Assembly (NCBI GenBank): GCA_051275585.1
Contig: JBNMNM010000003.1
Span: 1-35,568 of the forward strand
Source of the DNA: a bacterium
GTDB taxonomy: Bacteria; SAR324; XYD2-FULL-50-16; JBNMNM01
Direction: 5' to 3'
DNA: 35,568 nt
Shown here: piece by piece, positions 23,001-33,048 of the stretch
Position numbering within the stretch: the first letter of the stretch is position 1
Layout of the letters: each line of letters opens with the position of its first letter
Position numbers and translations under genes: made by a program
Notes under the pieces: model-generated
The model's database searches: none
What the model saw: only the letters and a program-made list of their open reading frames with translations
Told to the model about the DNA's origin: nothing

Positions 23001-24170
23001 TTTAATGGTTGGAGCTTTTCCTCTTGTAATTAGATCATTGAAAATAAATGGCTTGAATAACTCAAGAGCCATTTTTTTCGGTAGACCACATTGGTTTAGC
23101 TTTAATTCTGGTCCTACAACAATTACAGATCGTCCAGAGTAATCAACACGCTTTCCAAGTAAATTTTGTCGGAATCGTCCAGATTTCCCTTTCAAGGCAT
23201 CACTAAGAGATTTTAATGGTCTCTTGTTTGTTCCAAGAATTGGTCGTCCACGTCGTCCATTATCAAAAAGAGCATCGACTGCTTCTTGAAGCATTCGTTT
23301 TTCATTTTTAACAATGATTTCAGGAGCATTAAGATCAATAAGTCGTTTTAGACGATTATTTCTATGAATTACTCGTCGATATAAATCATTTAAATCACTT
23401 GTAGCAAAACGACCTCCCTCAAGAGGAACAAGTGGTCGTAATTCAGGTGAAATAACTGGAATCACTTCAAGAATCATATTCGTTGGTGTAATTCCTGATT
23501 CTCGAAATGCTTCAACAACTTTTAGTCGCTTAATAATCTTTTTTCGTTTTGCTTCAGAAGTTACTTCTCGAAGCTCTTCACGAAGACGTGCACTAAGTTC
23601 ATGAACATCAATTCTTTCAAGAAGCTCTTTAACTGCTTCAGCACCCATTCCACCACGATATTCTGCACACTCATCTTGAAGTTGCACATTTCGTGTTTCA
23701 TCAACGATTTCGCCTTCCGCTAAATCTGTGGAACCTGGGTCAAGAACAACATAAGCATCAAAATAAAGAACTCGATCTAAGTCACGAAGAGTCATATCAA
23801 GAATATTTCCCAATCGACTTGGTAATCCTTTAAGGAACCAAACATGAGAAACAGGACAAGCCAACTTGATATGTCCTAATCGTTCACGACGTACTTTAGA
23901 TTGAATCACCTCAACACCACACTTTTCACAAGTGATGCCTCGATGTTTCATACGTTTATACTTACCACAAATACATTCATAATCATGAACAGGGCCGAAA
24001 ATTTTACCACAGAACAAGCCGTCACGCTCAGGCTTGAAAGTTCTGTAGTTAATTGTTTCGGAGGTTTTAATTTCCCCATTTGACCATGATGTAATTTGTT
24101 CAGAAGAAGCCAAACTAATTCTAACCGCTTGGTAATCTCCTGCATGCTCTTCGAGCATTTGCATATTCAT
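20091..24170 (-). CDS. rpoC: DNA-directed RNA polymerase beta' subunit
   Basis: [13 protein letters not shown]-terminal Zn finger, and a trigger-loop insertion between RTFHIGG and DITGGLPRV. Confidence 0.99.
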   Translation of the reverse strand: MNMQMLEEHAGDYQAVRISLASSEQITSWSNGEIKTSETINYRTFKPERDGLFCGKIFGPVHDYECICGKYKRMKHRGITCEKCGVEVIQSKVRRERLGHIKLACPVSHVWFLKGLPSRLGNILDMTLRDLDRVLYFDAYVVLDPGSTDLAEGEIVDETRNVQLQDECAEYRGGMGAEAVKELLERIDVHELSARLREELREVTSEAKRKKIIKRLKVVEAFRESGITPTNMILEVIPVISPELRPLVPLEGGRFATSDLNDLYRRVIHRNNRLKRLIDLNAPEIIVKNEKRMLQEAVDALFDNGRRGRPILGTNKRPLKSLSDALKGKSGRFRQNLLGKRVDYSGRSVIVVGPELKLNQCGLPKKMALELFKPFIFNDLITRGKAPTIKVAKKMVESNDPEIWASLDAVIVDHPVMLNRAPTLHRLGIQAFEPSLIEGKAIQLHPLVCTAFNADFDGDQMAVHVPLSVDAQLEVKVLMMATSNILSPATGKPIMTPTQDMVLGLYWMTKQTRNEKGEGKYFANTKEVLAAFDHELIALQAKIQVRMDGKMVETTAGRVVLFENVNLEQLDFSYFNRLLKKKDLENLIDYSFRVAGNAQTVKLLDCLKGLGYKFSTRAGFSISMADMIIPDEKAGILEGAQTEVDEIQQQYQDGVITDDERYNKVVDIWSRVTEEIAEKMISNLGKEKVDENGKPHMNSIYVMADSGARGSTNQSKQLGGMRGLMAKPTGEIIETPITANFREGLSVLQYFISTHGARKGLADTALKTANSGYLTRRLVDVAQDSVIAKVDCGTNDGIYVRPLVENGEVIEKLGERILGRVVAEDVLAPYTQEILVPEGTLLDEALVEQIEDATIEEIKIRSVLTCENTKGICGKCYGRDLARGNVISIGEAVGVIAAQSIGEPGTQLTMRTFHIGGTANRAVEQTTWETNRAGFLNFDDIRLVTTSEGVQIVMSRKAEATIVDDLGREVERQLLPVGTRLYAKAGDKIEVNTKIGDWDPFSIPIITDVSGKVKFVDIVEGKSKKSQIDEYTGKAREVIQETTDFDLKPRVVIQDLETHRDIKREAGDVHPGFHLPVKAELVIAEGDIISIGDVIAKIPRETAKNKDITGGLPRVAELFEAREPKDPCQVSDIDGIVTFGDDMKRKRRLIVRPEVGEPKEYLIPKGKHINVFEGDEVKAGESLTDGAANPHDILRVKGVKQLQKFLVDEVQEVYRLQGVRINDKHIEVIARQMLRKVRISDPGDSNFLIGEPISKHIFHEANRKLIEDDLRPAISEPLLLGITKAALSTDSFISAASFQETTKVLTEASIRGKIDTFQGLKENVIIGRLVPAGTGFDRGNDYNYQIKDEATEQTDSEEV

Positions 24171-24239
24171 ACTGGTTTCTCCGAAGTACCGAAAATAGAT
24201 GAATGTTTTCTAGGTCGTTAATTTAACAAACTGAGTATA

Positions 24240-27200
24240 TTACGAATTAAAATTTTCACCTTCGAGGAACGCTCGATCTCGAATGAGCTGAAAATCTAAA
24301 CAAAGCGATTTTAACTCATTAATTAGAACCTTGAATGATTCAGGAATTCCAGGTCTTACAGAGTGAGTTCCTTTTACGATTGCCTCATAAATTTTATTTC
24401 GGCCTGTTACATCATCTGATTTAACAGTTAAAAGTTCTCGTAATGTATGAGCACAACCATATGCCTCTAAAGCCCACACTTCCATCTCTCCAAAACGCTG
24501 CCCACCAAATTGAGCCTTACCACCAAGTGGTTGTTGCGTAACTAGAGAATATGGTCCAATGGAACGAGCATGGATTTTATCATCAACTAAATGATGAAGC
24601 TTCAACATATACATGTAACCAATGGTTATTTTTTGCTCGAAAACATCACCTGATTGCCCATCATAAAGAGTAATCTGCCCTGATTCTGGCATACCAATTC
24701 GAGCCATCATTCGATGAATATCTTTCTCTGCTGCACCATCAAACACAGGTGTTGCCATGTAAATTCCATCATGGAATTTTGTTGCAAATTCAAAGAATTC
24801 TTTATCATCTAAATCTTTAAGATATCCTGAAACAAAATCAGATTGATAAATATCGTTTAATTCTTTCTCAACTTGTTTACGTGGATTAAGCTCGTCCATC
24901 ATTTTTTCAATTTTTGTTCCAAGCTCTTTCGCTGCGTATCCTAAATGAGTCTCAAGAATCTGTCCTACATTCATTCGAGATGGTACCCCAAGTGGATTCA
25001 ACACAATATCAACAGTGCTACCATCTTCAAGGTAAGGCATTTCTTCAATAGGAACAATTTTAGAGATAACCCCTTTATTCCCATGTCGCCCAGCCATTTT
25101 ATCACCAACAGAGAGCCGACGTTTCATAGCAACATAAACTTTTACGCTACGAATAACTCCTGGTTGAAGATCATCTACACGAGCTTCTCTTTCTTTTTTA
25201 CTTTCGTAAATGTTGTTTAATAGCTCAACTTGAGATGTTGCGTTTCGAGCCATTACAACAATTTGTTCTTGAATGTCATCACCAATAACTTCAATATCAG
25301 CCCATGCACTATAAGGAAGACCTTTAACCATTTTCTCAGTGATATTTTCACCTGCTGAGAACAATAACTCACCAGTATCTCGGTGTGTTAAATTTGTAGC
25401 TAAAGCATGACCATCTACAAGAGCTAACAACCGACGCATTAAATTATTTTTAACAAGTCGGAACTCATCATAATAATCAGCATCAATTTTTCTAAGAGTT
25501 GACTCTTCAATTGCTTTTGTTCGAGCATCTTTCTCAACACCTCGGCGATTGAATACTTTTACATCAATCACAACACCTTCAATTCCTTGTGGAACTCGAA
25601 GTGAAGTATCTCGAACATCTCCAGCTTTTTCACCAAAAATGGCTCGAAGAAGTTTTTCTTCAGGATTTAATTGAGTCTCTCCTTTTGGAGTTGTTTTCCC
25701 AACTAAAACGTCTCCTGTTTTTACATAACTACCAATCCGAATAATTCCAGACTCATCTAAGTTTCGAAGAGCATGTTCACTTACATTCGGAATATCACGA
25801 GTGATAACTTCTTTTCCTAACTTCGTATCTCGTGCAAGAACTTCTAATTCTTCAATATGAATTGAAGTAAATCGATCTCGATGAAGAACTCTTTCACTAA
25901 CTAAAATCGAATCCTCGTAGTTATACCCATTCCAAGGCATGAACGCTACGAGCATGTTTTGACCTAGTGCAAGTTCACCATTATCACAACTTCCACCATC
26001 AGCAATGATTTGTCCTTCTTCAATGTACTCACCTACACGAACAAGTGGACGTTGATTAACACAAGTATTCTGATTTGATCGGTTATATTTGATCAAGTGG
26101 TAGATATCTACATTTCCTTCAACAACATTTTGTTTCTCTGAAATATCTACATCTGCTTCAATCACAATTCGGTTTGCATCAATTCGATCTACAAGACCTG
26201 AACGTTTCGCAACAATACAAGTTCCTGAATCTTTTGCTACCTGATGTTCCATTCCAGTTCCAACAACAGGAGCCTGTGGTCTTACTACAGGTACAGCCTG
26301 ACGTTGCATATTCGATCCCATCAAGGCACGATTCGCATCATCATGTTCAAGGAAAGGAATCAATGATGCCGCAACAGAAACTAACTGTTTCGGAGAAACA
26401 TCCATATGACCAATGTCTTCTTTAGCAGCAGTCTTGAATTCTCCACTTTCACGACAAGGAACAAAGTCATCAATTAATCTATTGTCTTTATCTCTTGGAA
26501 CATTTGCTTGAGCAATGATCTTTTGATCTTCATCAATCGCAGATAAATAGTCTAACTCATCTGTAATTTGTCCATCGATAACTTTTCGATAAGGAGTTTC
26601 GATGAAACCAAACTCATTTAACTGAGCATATGTTGCCAACGAGGAAATCAAACCAATATTTGGTCCCTCAGGAGTTTCTACAGGACAAATTCGACCGTAA
26701 TGAGAAATATGAACATCACGAACTTCGAAACCAGCACGTTCACGAGTCAAACCACCAGGTCCCAAGGCACTTAAACGACGCTTATGGGTAATCTCTGATA
26801 AAGGATTTGTTTGATCCATGAATTGTGAAAGCTGACTACTTCCAAAGAATTCATTAATCACAGCAGAAACAGGTTTTGAGTTCACGATATCATGAAGCAT
26901 CATTGTTTCAGTTTCTTGAAGTGACATTCTTTCTTTGATAGCTCGTTCCATTCGAACCAATCCAACACGGAATTGATTTTCAAGAAGCTCACCTACACTA
27001 CGAACACGTCTATTTCCAAGATGATCAATATCATCAACAACTCCTCTTAACCCATCTTTAAGGTGTAAAAGGTAGTCAACTACACGTAAAATATCTTCTC
27101 TTGTAAGAGTCTTATCATCTAAGTCTTGCTCAAGTTTTAACTTCTTGTTGATCTTCATCCGTCCAACACGAGATAAATCATATCTCTCAGGATTGAAGAA

Positions 27201-28409
27201 CATATTATGAATTAATCCTTTTGCAACTTCTACTGTAGGTGGATCACCTGGCTTTAATTTTTTATAAATTTCAATCAGTCCTTCTTGAGTGTCATTAACT
27301 TTATCACCAGCTAATGTATCTCGGAAAGAGGTTCCAATTGAATTATTACCAATACAAATAACTTCAAGCTCTTCAATTTCACTTTCGATCATTTTCTCTA
27401 AATGATCAGGAGCAATTGGAGTATTTGCAGTAATAATTACTTCATGGTTTTGATCTTTAACAGTCCGAAGAGCGTATCGACCAATAATGTCATCCACAAT
27501 AGTAGGAATTTCTTGAACTTCTGCGGCGAGAAGTTTTTTCATTCCAGCTTTTGTAATTTTTCGACCTTTTGCAAGAATTACACTTCCTGTTTTTGGGTCA
27601 CAAATATCATCAAAAGCTTTTTGATTTACACTTGATTGTGGATCTAAATATTTACTAAACTCTCGTTTTTCTTCGTCTTCAGTATGAGCTTTTCGTAAAT
27701 TAATTTTTTCTTTTAAATAGAAACGTTCAAGTAATTCTTCTGTCGAATAACCTAATGCCTTTAAAAGAACAGTTGAAAGAAACTTTCTTCGTCGATCAAT
27801 TCGAACATAAAGAAGGTCTTTCGCATCAAATTCAAAATCAATCCATGAACCACGTTGCGGAATTACAGCGGCAGAGTATAAAAGCTTTCCACTTGAGTGA
27901 CTCTTTCCTTTATCATGAGAAAAGAACACACCTGGAGATTTATGCAACTGACTGACAATAACCCGTTCTGTTCCGTTAATGATAAACGAACCATTTTCTG
28001 TCATTAAAGGGAATTCACCTAAGTAAATTTCTTGTTCTTTAATGTCATTGATATGTTTTTTATCTGAATTCTCATCTCGTTCCCAAATGATCAGACGTAG
28101 AGAAACTCGAATAGGAGCAGCATACGTCACACCTCGGGTTCGACACTCAGCAACATCATATTTAGGATCACCTAAACGGTAGGAAACATACTCAAGAGTA
28201 CAGTTTCCACTAAAATCAGAAATCGGGAATACAGATTGAAATACAGCCTCTAAACCTTGCTTTTGACGGCTTTCAGGCGGAGTATTCTTCTGTAGAAACC
28301 AAACGTATGAATCCTTTTGAACTTGAAGTAATGGAGGAGGACTCAGCGGAGTTTCAATTTTTCCAAAATCCAAACGTAACCGATGAATATTTGGGAAGTC
28401 GTTTGTCAT
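24240..28409 (-). CDS. rpoB: DNA-directed RNA polymerase beta subunit
   Basis: [33 protein letters not shown] and GGQRFGEME. Confidence 0.99.
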   Translation of the reverse strand: MTNDFPNIHRLRLDFGKIETPLSPPPLLQVQKDSYVWFLQKNTPPESRQKQGLEAVFQSVFPISDFSGNCTLEYVSYRLGDPKYDVAECRTRGVTYAAPIRVSLRLIIWERDENSDKKHINDIKEQEIYLGEFPLMTENGSFIINGTERVIVSQLHKSPGVFFSHDKGKSHSSGKLLYSAAVIPQRGSWIDFEFDAKDLLYVRIDRRRKFLSTVLLKALGYSTEELLERFYLKEKINLRKAHTEDEEKREFSKYLDPQSSVNQKAFDDICDPKTGSVILAKGRKITKAGMKKLLAAEVQEIPTIVDDIIGRYALRTVKDQNHEVIITANTPIAPDHLEKMIESEIEELEVICIGNNSIGTSFRDTLAGDKVNDTQEGLIEIYKKLKPGDPPTVEVAKGLIHNMFFNPERYDLSRVGRMKINKKLKLEQDLDDKTLTREDILRVVDYLLHLKDGLRGVVDDIDHLGNRRVRSVGELLENQFRVGLVRMERAIKERMSLQETETMMLHDIVNSKPVSAVINEFFGSSQLSQFMDQTNPLSEITHKRRLSALGPGGLTRERAGFEVRDVHISHYGRICPVETPEGPNIGLISSLATYAQLNEFGFIETPYRKVIDGQITDELDYLSAIDEDQKIIAQANVPRDKDNRLIDDFVPCRESGEFKTAAKEDIGHMDVSPKQLVSVAASLIPFLEHDDANRALMGSNMQRQAVPVVRPQAPVVGTGMEHQVAKDSGTCIVAKRSGLVDRIDANRIVIEADVDISEKQNVVEGNVDIYHLIKYNRSNQNTCVNQRPLVRVGEYIEEGQIIADGGSCDNGELALGQNMLVAFMPWNGYNYEDSILVSERVLHRDRFTSIHIEELEVLARDTKLGKEVITRDIPNVSEHALRNLDESGIIRIGSYVKTGDVLVGKTTPKGETQLNPEEKLLRAIFGEKAGDVRDTSLRVPQGIEGVVIDVKVFNRRGVEKDARTKAIEESTLRKIDADYYDEFRLVKNNLMRRLLALVDGHALATNLTHRDTGELLFSAGENITEKMVKGLPYSAWADIEVIGDDIQEQIVVMARNATSQVELLNNIYESKKEREARVDDLQPGVIRSVKVYVAMKRRLSVGDKMAGRHGNKGVISKIVPIEEMPYLEDGSTVDIVLNPLGVPSRMNVGQILETHLGYAAKELGTKIEKMMDELNPRKQVEKELNDIYQSDFVSGYLKDLDDKEFFEFATKFHDGIYMATPVFDGAAEKDIHRMMARIGMPESGQITLYDGQSGDVFEQKITIGYMYMLKLHHLVDDKIHARSIGPYSLVTQQPLGGKAQFGGQRFGEMEVWALEAYGCAHTLRELLTVKSDDVTGRNKIYEAIVKGTHSVRPGIPESFKVLINELKSLCLDFQLIRDRAFLEGENFNS

Positions 28410-28744
28410 ATCGCCTCTATAACGAGTATTCCTTTAAAGTGAGCAAGATTTTTTTTGATATTCTTTAAAAGTAAAAAGCTCTTCGCCTAAAATGCACTAC
28501 TCCCAGAGTTAAAGGGGAGTTTTTTGAATACTAAAAAATATGCGAAACTATTTAATTGAGCCACAGTGGCTAACTTTTAAGAGTAGAGGTATGATTTTCT
28601 TCTTGAAAGTGTCCAACACACAAAAGATTCTTTTTTTGTACAAATTGAGCTTTTAATGAATCGCTTTGAAATGTGATGGATTAATGGCATAACTTTGCAG
28701 AAGTGAAGGGATGTTAATTTTTCAGGAAATTTGACCAAATAAGA

Positions 28745-28773
28745 GAACTACGGCACGAATCAAGAATCGTCAA
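28745..28773 (-). promoter_or_regulatory. Candidate sigma70 promoter for rpoBC
   Basis: TTGACG-N17-TAGTTC with an upstream A-tract, downstream of the rplL terminator; -10 is imperfect. Confidence 0.4.
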
Positions 28774-28831
28774 GTTTTTTTCGAGTAGTTTTCAAAATAG
28801 GTAGGTTTTTTGCAGATTCAGTTCTTTCTAC

Positions 28832-28865
28832 AAAAAAAAAGCCCGCAAAATTGAGCGGGCTTTTT
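28832..28865 (-). terminator. Rho-independent terminator/attenuator after rplL
   Basis: Minus strand AAAAAGCCCGC-tcaatttt-GCGGGC followed by T9. Confidence 0.9.
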
Positions 28866-28886
28866 CTTAAAACTACTAAAAAGTAA

Positions 28887-29264
28887 TTATTTAACTTCTG
28901 CAGTCGCACCAGCTTCTGTAAGTTGTTTAGCAACTTTTTCAGCTTCGTCTTTTGCAACACCTTCTTTAACTTTACAGTCAGCACCAGCAGATTCAACCAT
29001 TGCTTTTGCTTCCTTAAGTCCAAGACCAGTGATTCCACGAACTTCTTTAATAACGTTAATTTTCTTTTCGCCAAAAGAAGTAAGAATAACGTCAAATTCA
29101 GTTTGAGCTTCTTCAGCAGCTGCAGCAGCAGGAGCAGCAGCTGCAACAGCAGCCGCTGCACTAACACCAAATTTTTCTTCTAGTTCTTTAACTAGTTCTG
29201 AAAGGTCAAGAACTGACATGTTTGAGATGAACTCAATTAGCTGATCTTTTGTGATATCAGACAT
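28887..29264 (-). CDS. rplL: 50S ribosomal protein L7/L12
   Basis: [12 protein letters not shown], Ala-rich hinge and [20 protein letters not shown]. Confidence 0.99.
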   Translation of the reverse strand: MSDITKDQLIEFISNMSVLDLSELVKELEEKFGVSAAAAVAAAAPAAAAAEEAQTEFDVILTSFGEKKINVIKEVRGITGLGLKEAKAMVESAGADCKVKEGVAKDEAEKVAKQLTEAGATAEVK

Positions 29265-29287
29265 TATACTTTCTCCTGAATCTTTTA

Positions 29288-29815
29288 TTATTGTTTAGAA
29301 TCAGCAACAGCTTGAACGACACGAACAAAGCTAGCTGGAATTTCATTAAGAGTACGAACAAAGTTAGTAACAGGAGCATTAAGCACATAAAGTAACTTAG
29401 CTACAAGTTCTTCTCTGCTTGGCAATGAGCCAAGAGCCTTAACACCGTCAAGATCAAGGAGTTCTCCAGTTCCTTTAGAAACTAAAGTACCACCTACGAT
29501 TTTAACTCGGTCATTTTTTTTTGCTTGCTCAGTCAAAATTTTTGATGGAGCAACCACGTCTTCCGAACTATAGACGAACGCTTTAGTGCTAACAAACTGC
29601 TCACTTAAGCTTTCAAAAGGAGTTCCTTCAGCGGCTCTTTTTGCGAGAGTATTCTTGAGAATTCTCATTCGACTTTGGCCAGTAAAAAGTGCTTTCCGTA
29701 AGGTAGTTAATTCCTCAACAGTAAGCCCTTGATAGTCAACCAGAACACCAGTCACTGAACTTTCAAAAATCTCTTTAAACTCACTTACCAACACCTCTTT
29801 AGTACTTCTATTCAT
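29288..29815 (-). CDS. rplJ: 50S ribosomal protein L10
   Basis: [15 protein letters not shown] and LPSREEL; lies between rplA and rplL. Confidence 0.97.
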   Translation of the reverse strand: MNRSTKEVLVSEFKEIFESSVTGVLVDYQGLTVEELTTLRKALFTGQSRMRILKNTLAKRAAEGTPFESLSEQFVSTKAFVYSSEDVVAPSKILTEQAKKNDRVKIVGGTLVSKGTGELLDLDGVKALGSLPSREELVAKLLYVLNAPVTNFVRTLNEIPASFVRVVQAVADSKQ

Positions 29816-29983
29816 GTAGCACCTTGTTTTATAAGGGGTTAAAGCACATAAAGTACTTGCATCGGATAAGATCTTTTTTTTTGGAGCTTAAAACAGCGGA
29901 GTATCGTAGGGAGGTTTTTAATGAGGATTATCACAGGGATAATAAGAATCACTTTAGAAAAAGTGATCCCTCTATAAAACTCA

Positions 29984-30043
29984 CTACATTATCTCGGCGG
30001 GATATTAAGCCTCAAAAGGCACCAGCGGTCTTGAATAACGCAG
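29984..30043 (-). ncRNA. Ribosomal protein L10 leader (rplJ autoregulatory element)
   Basis: Minus strand CTGCGTTAT-TCAAGACCGCTGG-tGCCTtttgAGGC-TTAATAT-CCCGCCGAG-ATAATGTAG. It has the AAGAC...TTAA...GAGA pattern and a 9-bp closing stem (with G-U pairs), upstream of rplJ. Confidence 0.85.
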
Positions 30044-30057
30044 ACAGCTAATCTTTT

Positions 30058-30750
30058 CTATCGGAACATGGCAGTGTTAACAGAAACACCAGGCCCCATT
30101 GTGCTAGAAATAGCAATATTCTTTAAATATATTCCTTTTGCCGCAGCAGGTTTCAACTTAATTAGTGTTTCAACAAGTGCCTGAATATTTTCAGCAAGTT
30201 TTTCAACTTCAAAAGTAGATTTTCCTACAGGAACATGAATATTTGAACCTTTATCTACTTTAAACTGAACTTGTCCTTTTTTAATTTGACCAACAATTGC
30301 ACCAACATCAAAAGTTACAGTTCCAACTTTTGGATTAGGCATTAAACCACGGGGTCCTAAAAGACGACCAATTTTTCCAACATGAGCCATCATGTCAGGA
30401 GTTGCAACAACTCGATCGAACTCTAACCAACCACCTTGGATTTTAGCAACTAAGTCTTCACCACCAACAAAGTCAGCACCAGCTTTTTGTGCTTCTTCTA
30501 CCTTGTCTCCTTTTGCGAAAACAAGAACACGAACTTCTTTCCCAGTTCCGTGTGGAAGAGAACAACCGCCTCGAACTGCTTGTTCTGTTTTCTTAGAATC
30601 AATCCCTAAACGTACAGAGATATCTACACTTTCACCAAATTTTGCTTTTGAGAGGTCTTTTACAAGTTGAATTGCGTCTTTCAATTCATATCGTTGTAAA
30701 GGATCAACTTTTTCTTTCCATTCTTTTTTTCTTTTACTAATTTTAGCCAT
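30058..30750 (-). CDS. rplA: 50S ribosomal protein L1
   Basis: [23 protein letters not shown] and SSTMGPG. Confidence 0.99.
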   Translation of the reverse strand: MAKISKRKKEWKEKVDPLQRYELKDAIQLVKDLSKAKFGESVDISVRLGIDSKKTEQAVRGGCSLPHGTGKEVRVLVFAKGDKVEEAQKAGADFVGGEDLVAKIQGGWLEFDRVVATPDMMAHVGKIGRLLGPRGLMPNPKVGTVTFDVGAIVGQIKKGQVQFKVDKGSNIHVPVGKSTFEVEKLAENIQALVETLIKLKPAAAKGIYLKNIAISSTMGPGVSVNTAMFR

Positions 30751-30753
30751 TTT

Positions 30754-30780
30754 TCCTTTTGGTCTATTAAACCTCCCAGA
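30754..30780 (-). promoter_or_regulatory. Probable L1-binding site overlapping the rplA ribosome-binding site
   Basis: Minus strand TCT-GGGA-GGTTT-aat-AGACC-AAAA-GGA: a GGGAG-containing internal-loop hairpin that would pair the SD. Confidence 0.5.
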
Positions 30781-30842
30781 TACAGGTCTTCCTGCGCCTA
30801 ACCTTATTGTTAGAGAACTATCTGGTAAAAATTATTTCTGAC

Positions 30843-31265
30843 TTATGCTTGCTCAACACCCATACTTCTTGCCGTACCTAATACAAGACGTTTTGCTGCA
30901 TCTAAATCATAGCAATTTAATTCAGGAAGCTTGATTTTAGCAATTTCTTCAACTTGCTCATCAGTGATCTTCCCAACTTTTTGCTTATTAGGTTCAGAAG
31001 AACCTTTTTTCAGATTTAATGCTTTCTTGATTAAAACGGGTACAGGTGGAGTCTTAGTAATAAAAGTAAAAGATCGATCAGAAAAAACAGTAATCACAAC
31101 AGGAGTAATCATTCCCATTTGTGCTTTTGTTCTTTCATTGAAGCCTTTACAAAACTCCATGATATTTAGACCATGTTGACCTAAAGCTGGCCCAATTGGT
31201 GGAGATGGGTTTGCTTGTCCCGCTGCTACTTGCAGCTTAATCTGTCCTACAATTTTTTTTGCCAT
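30843..31265 (-). CDS. rplK: 50S ribosomal protein L11
   Basis: [19 protein letters not shown] and GTARSMG. Confidence 0.99.
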   Translation of the reverse strand: MAKKIVGQIKLQVAAGQANPSPPIGPALGQHGLNIMEFCKGFNERTKAQMGMITPVVITVFSDRSFTFITKTPPVPVLIKKALNLKKGSSEPNKQKVGKITDEQVEEIAKIKLPELNCYDLDAAKRLVLGTARSMGVEQA

Positions 31266-31395
31266 TGTCTGCCTTCAGTCTGTCTTGGATAATCTAAACT
31301 TTACTATAAACAGAAGAAAAAGAGCCTTGAATTGTCATAACCACTGCTTGAAAGCAAGTGGAAAACGTAAAAACTGCAACTTAAACTAACAACGT

Positions 31396-31947
31396 TTAAA
31401 CAGTATTAATTTTTACTTTGTCAAAATCTAGCTCTAATGGAGTTGCTCGTCCAAAGATACTAACGAGTACAGTAACTTTATTTCGTTCTGCATCAACTTC
31501 GTCAATAACACCATTAAAGTCAGCAAATGGCCCTTCAACAACACTAACACCCTGACCGACTTGAAACGTAGAATCAAGTTCCATCTGTTTGGTGCCTTTT
31601 TCAATCTGTTGTCGAATTTTATTTAATTCTTCTTCGCTAATAGGGATGGGATCTTTCTGTGTACCACCAACAAATCCTGAAACTTTAGGAACGCCCTTTA
31701 GGACATGCCATAATTCAGGAGTTAGCCTCATTTTAATTAGAATATAGCCTGGGAAATAAGTAACCTGAGCTATCTTTTCTTTTCCGCCTCTTCTTCGAGT
31801 TACTGTTTCAGAAGGAATAAAGATCTCCTCAATTAAATCTTCACAATGATTTAATCGAAGTTGTTCCTCAATTAATTTCTGAACTTTAGTCTCATGCCCT
31901 GCATAGGCTTGAAGAATATACCAACGAAAATTGCTATCGAATGCCAT
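31396..31947 (-). CDS. nusG: Transcription termination/antitermination factor NusG
   Basis: RWYILQAYAGHE, FPGYI, KOW motif VVEGPFADFNG and IFGRATPLEL. Confidence 0.98.
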   Translation of the reverse strand: MAFDSNFRWYILQAYAGHETKVQKLIEEQLRLNHCEDLIEEIFIPSETVTRRRGGKEKIAQVTYFPGYILIKMRLTPELWHVLKGVPKVSGFVGGTQKDPIPISEEELNKIRQQIEKGTKQMELDSTFQVGQGVSVVEGPFADFNGVIDEVDAERNKVTVLVSIFGRATPLELDFDKVKINTV

Positions 31948-31951
31948 CTGA

Positions 31952-32137
31952 CTACTTAATTACAAGTTTAATTACTTCAGAAAGTCCTAAGTCAACACCA
32001 CCTAAAAATACTGACATCAACAGAGTCATAACTACAACAACACCAGTTTGTTTAATAGTTTCTTCTCTGCTAGGCCAAGTTACTTTTTTAAACTCGACTT
32101 GAACATCGCTGAAAAATTGAGATATTCTTTTGAACAT
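31952..32137 (-). CDS. secE: Preprotein translocase subunit SecE (single TM)
   Basis: EFKKVTWPSREE followed by a TM helix; upstream of nusG. Confidence 0.97.
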   Translation of the reverse strand: MFKRISQFFSDVQVEFKKVTWPSREETIKQTGVVVVMTLLMSVFLGGVDLGLSEVIKLVIK

Positions 32138-32158
32138 GGCTTTGGAGGAGGAAAGATA

Positions 32159-32235
32159 TGGCAGGCCAAGTCAGATTTGAACTGACAACACTCGGTTTTG
32201 GAGACCGACGCTCTACCAATTGGAGCTATTAGCCT
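32159..32235 (-). tRNA. tRNA-Trp (CCA)
   Basis: Reverse complement AGGCTAA...TCGGT-CTCCAAA-ACCGA...GTTCAAATC...TTGGCCT-G-CCA folds as a cloverleaf. Confidence 0.97.
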
Positions 32236-32247
32236 GTATAATAATTT

Positions 32248-32409
32248 TTATTTACTTTCTTTATGACGTGTATGCTTTTTGTCGAATTTACAGTACTTAT
32301 TAACCTCAATCTTTGTAGGCTTTTTCTTTTTATTTCGAGTAGTACTATAATTCCGTCTCTTACACTCTGTACATTCTAATTGTACAATATCTCTACTACT
32401 ATTACTCAT
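32248..32409 (-). CDS. rpmG: 50S ribosomal protein L33 (53 aa)
   Basis: Not in the ORF track; hand translation [53 protein letters not shown] (CxxC...CxxD). Confidence 0.97.
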   Translation of the reverse strand: MSNSSRDIVQLECTECKRRNYSTTRNKKKKPTKIEVNKYCKFDKKHTRHKESK

Positions 32410-32449
32410 TTTTTTTAACCAGAAATAAACAGTGAGGCAAGATGGATTA

Positions 32450-32524
32450 TGGAGCCTGGGAGCAGGATTGAACTGCCGACCTCTTCCTTACCAAGGAAAC
32501 GCTCTACCACTGAGCTACCCGGGC
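32450..32524 (-). tRNA. tRNA-Thr (GGT)
   Basis: Reverse complement GCCCGGGTAGCTCAGTGGTAGAGCG-TTTCC-TTGGTAA-GGAAG...GTTCAATC...CCCAGGC-T-CCA. Confidence 0.95.
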
Positions 32525-32539
32525 GGATAGATTTTGACA

Positions 32540-32623
32540 TGGTGGGGAGAGGAGGATTCGAACCTCCGAAGGCGAACCGTCAGATTTACAGTCTGATCCC
32601 TTTAGCCACTCGGGAATCTCCCC
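32540..32623 (-). tRNA. tRNA-Tyr (GTA)
   Basis: Reverse complement GGGGAGA...TCAGA-CTGTAAA-TCTGA, variable arm, GGTTCGAATCC, TCTCCCC-A-CCA. Confidence 0.97.
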
Positions 32624-32629
32624 ATGTTG

Positions 32630-32705
32630 TGGAGCTGATGATGGGACTTGAACCCGCAACCTGCTGATTACAAATCAGCTGCTCTACCAATTGAGCCACA
32701 TCAGC
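32630..32705 (-). tRNA. tRNA-Thr (TGT)
   Basis: Reverse complement GCTGATG...GCTGA-TTTGTAA-TCAGC...GGTTCAAGTCC...CATCAGC-T-CCA. Confidence 0.96.
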
Positions 32706-32738
32706 TTCTTACTTCCTACCCTTTGATAAGGTGAGGCA

Positions 32739-32767
32739 TTTCTACTTCAGCTCTTTATTGTTGTCAA
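32739..32767 (-). promoter_or_regulatory. Candidate sigma70 promoter of the tRNA/secE-nusG operon
   Basis: Perfect TTGACA, N17, TAGAAA, an upstream A-tract (UP-like) and a GC-rich discriminator (GCCTCACC), about 33 nt before the first tRNA. Confidence 0.6.
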
Positions 32768-33048
32768 GATTTTTTTTGAAATTTTGTAATTTCGAAATCA
32801 AAACTAAATTGCCTCTAGAAATTCTTGTTGAAGAGTGTTCCCCTCAACTGATGGACATGTTTTTGAATGATTTTGGAAATAATGGCAAGTGAAAAATTCC
32901 AAAAAATGAACTTTTTCTGCATTAAAAAAAAATATACTTTAATTACAAATACTTCTATAATATATTTTTTATATTTCTAGTACTGACAAATGCTATAGAA
33001 TATTGATACTTCTTTGTTATCTATTAATAACAAGCTTGAAAAATAACT

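Noticed and set aside
26760-26850. Rifampicin-resistance substitutions in RpoB cluster I
   Set aside because: [25 protein letters not shown] retains the sensitive-type key residues.
28685-28699. TGGCATAACTTTGCA as a sigma54 -24/-12 promoter
   Set aside because: Only 9 nt separate GG and GC where 10 are required, and it points antisense toward rplL.
28760-29170. 136-aa Leu/Lys-rich minus-strand ORF
   Set aside because: Alternative frame of rplL caused by its biased codon usage; it runs through the rplL terminator.
29824-30051. 75-aa plus-strand ORF in the rplA-rplJ spacer
   Set aside because: Antisense to the L10 leader, TTG start and no recognisable domain.
32449-32667. 72-aa plus-strand ORF
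   Set aside because: Antisense reading of three tRNA genes.
14969-32851. Direct-orientation shared words AGAAATTCTT and TCAACTGA upstream of yajC and of the tRNA cluster, as att sites
   Set aside because: Short, AT-rich, differently spaced (24 versus 17 nt), and no integrase or recombinase in the window.
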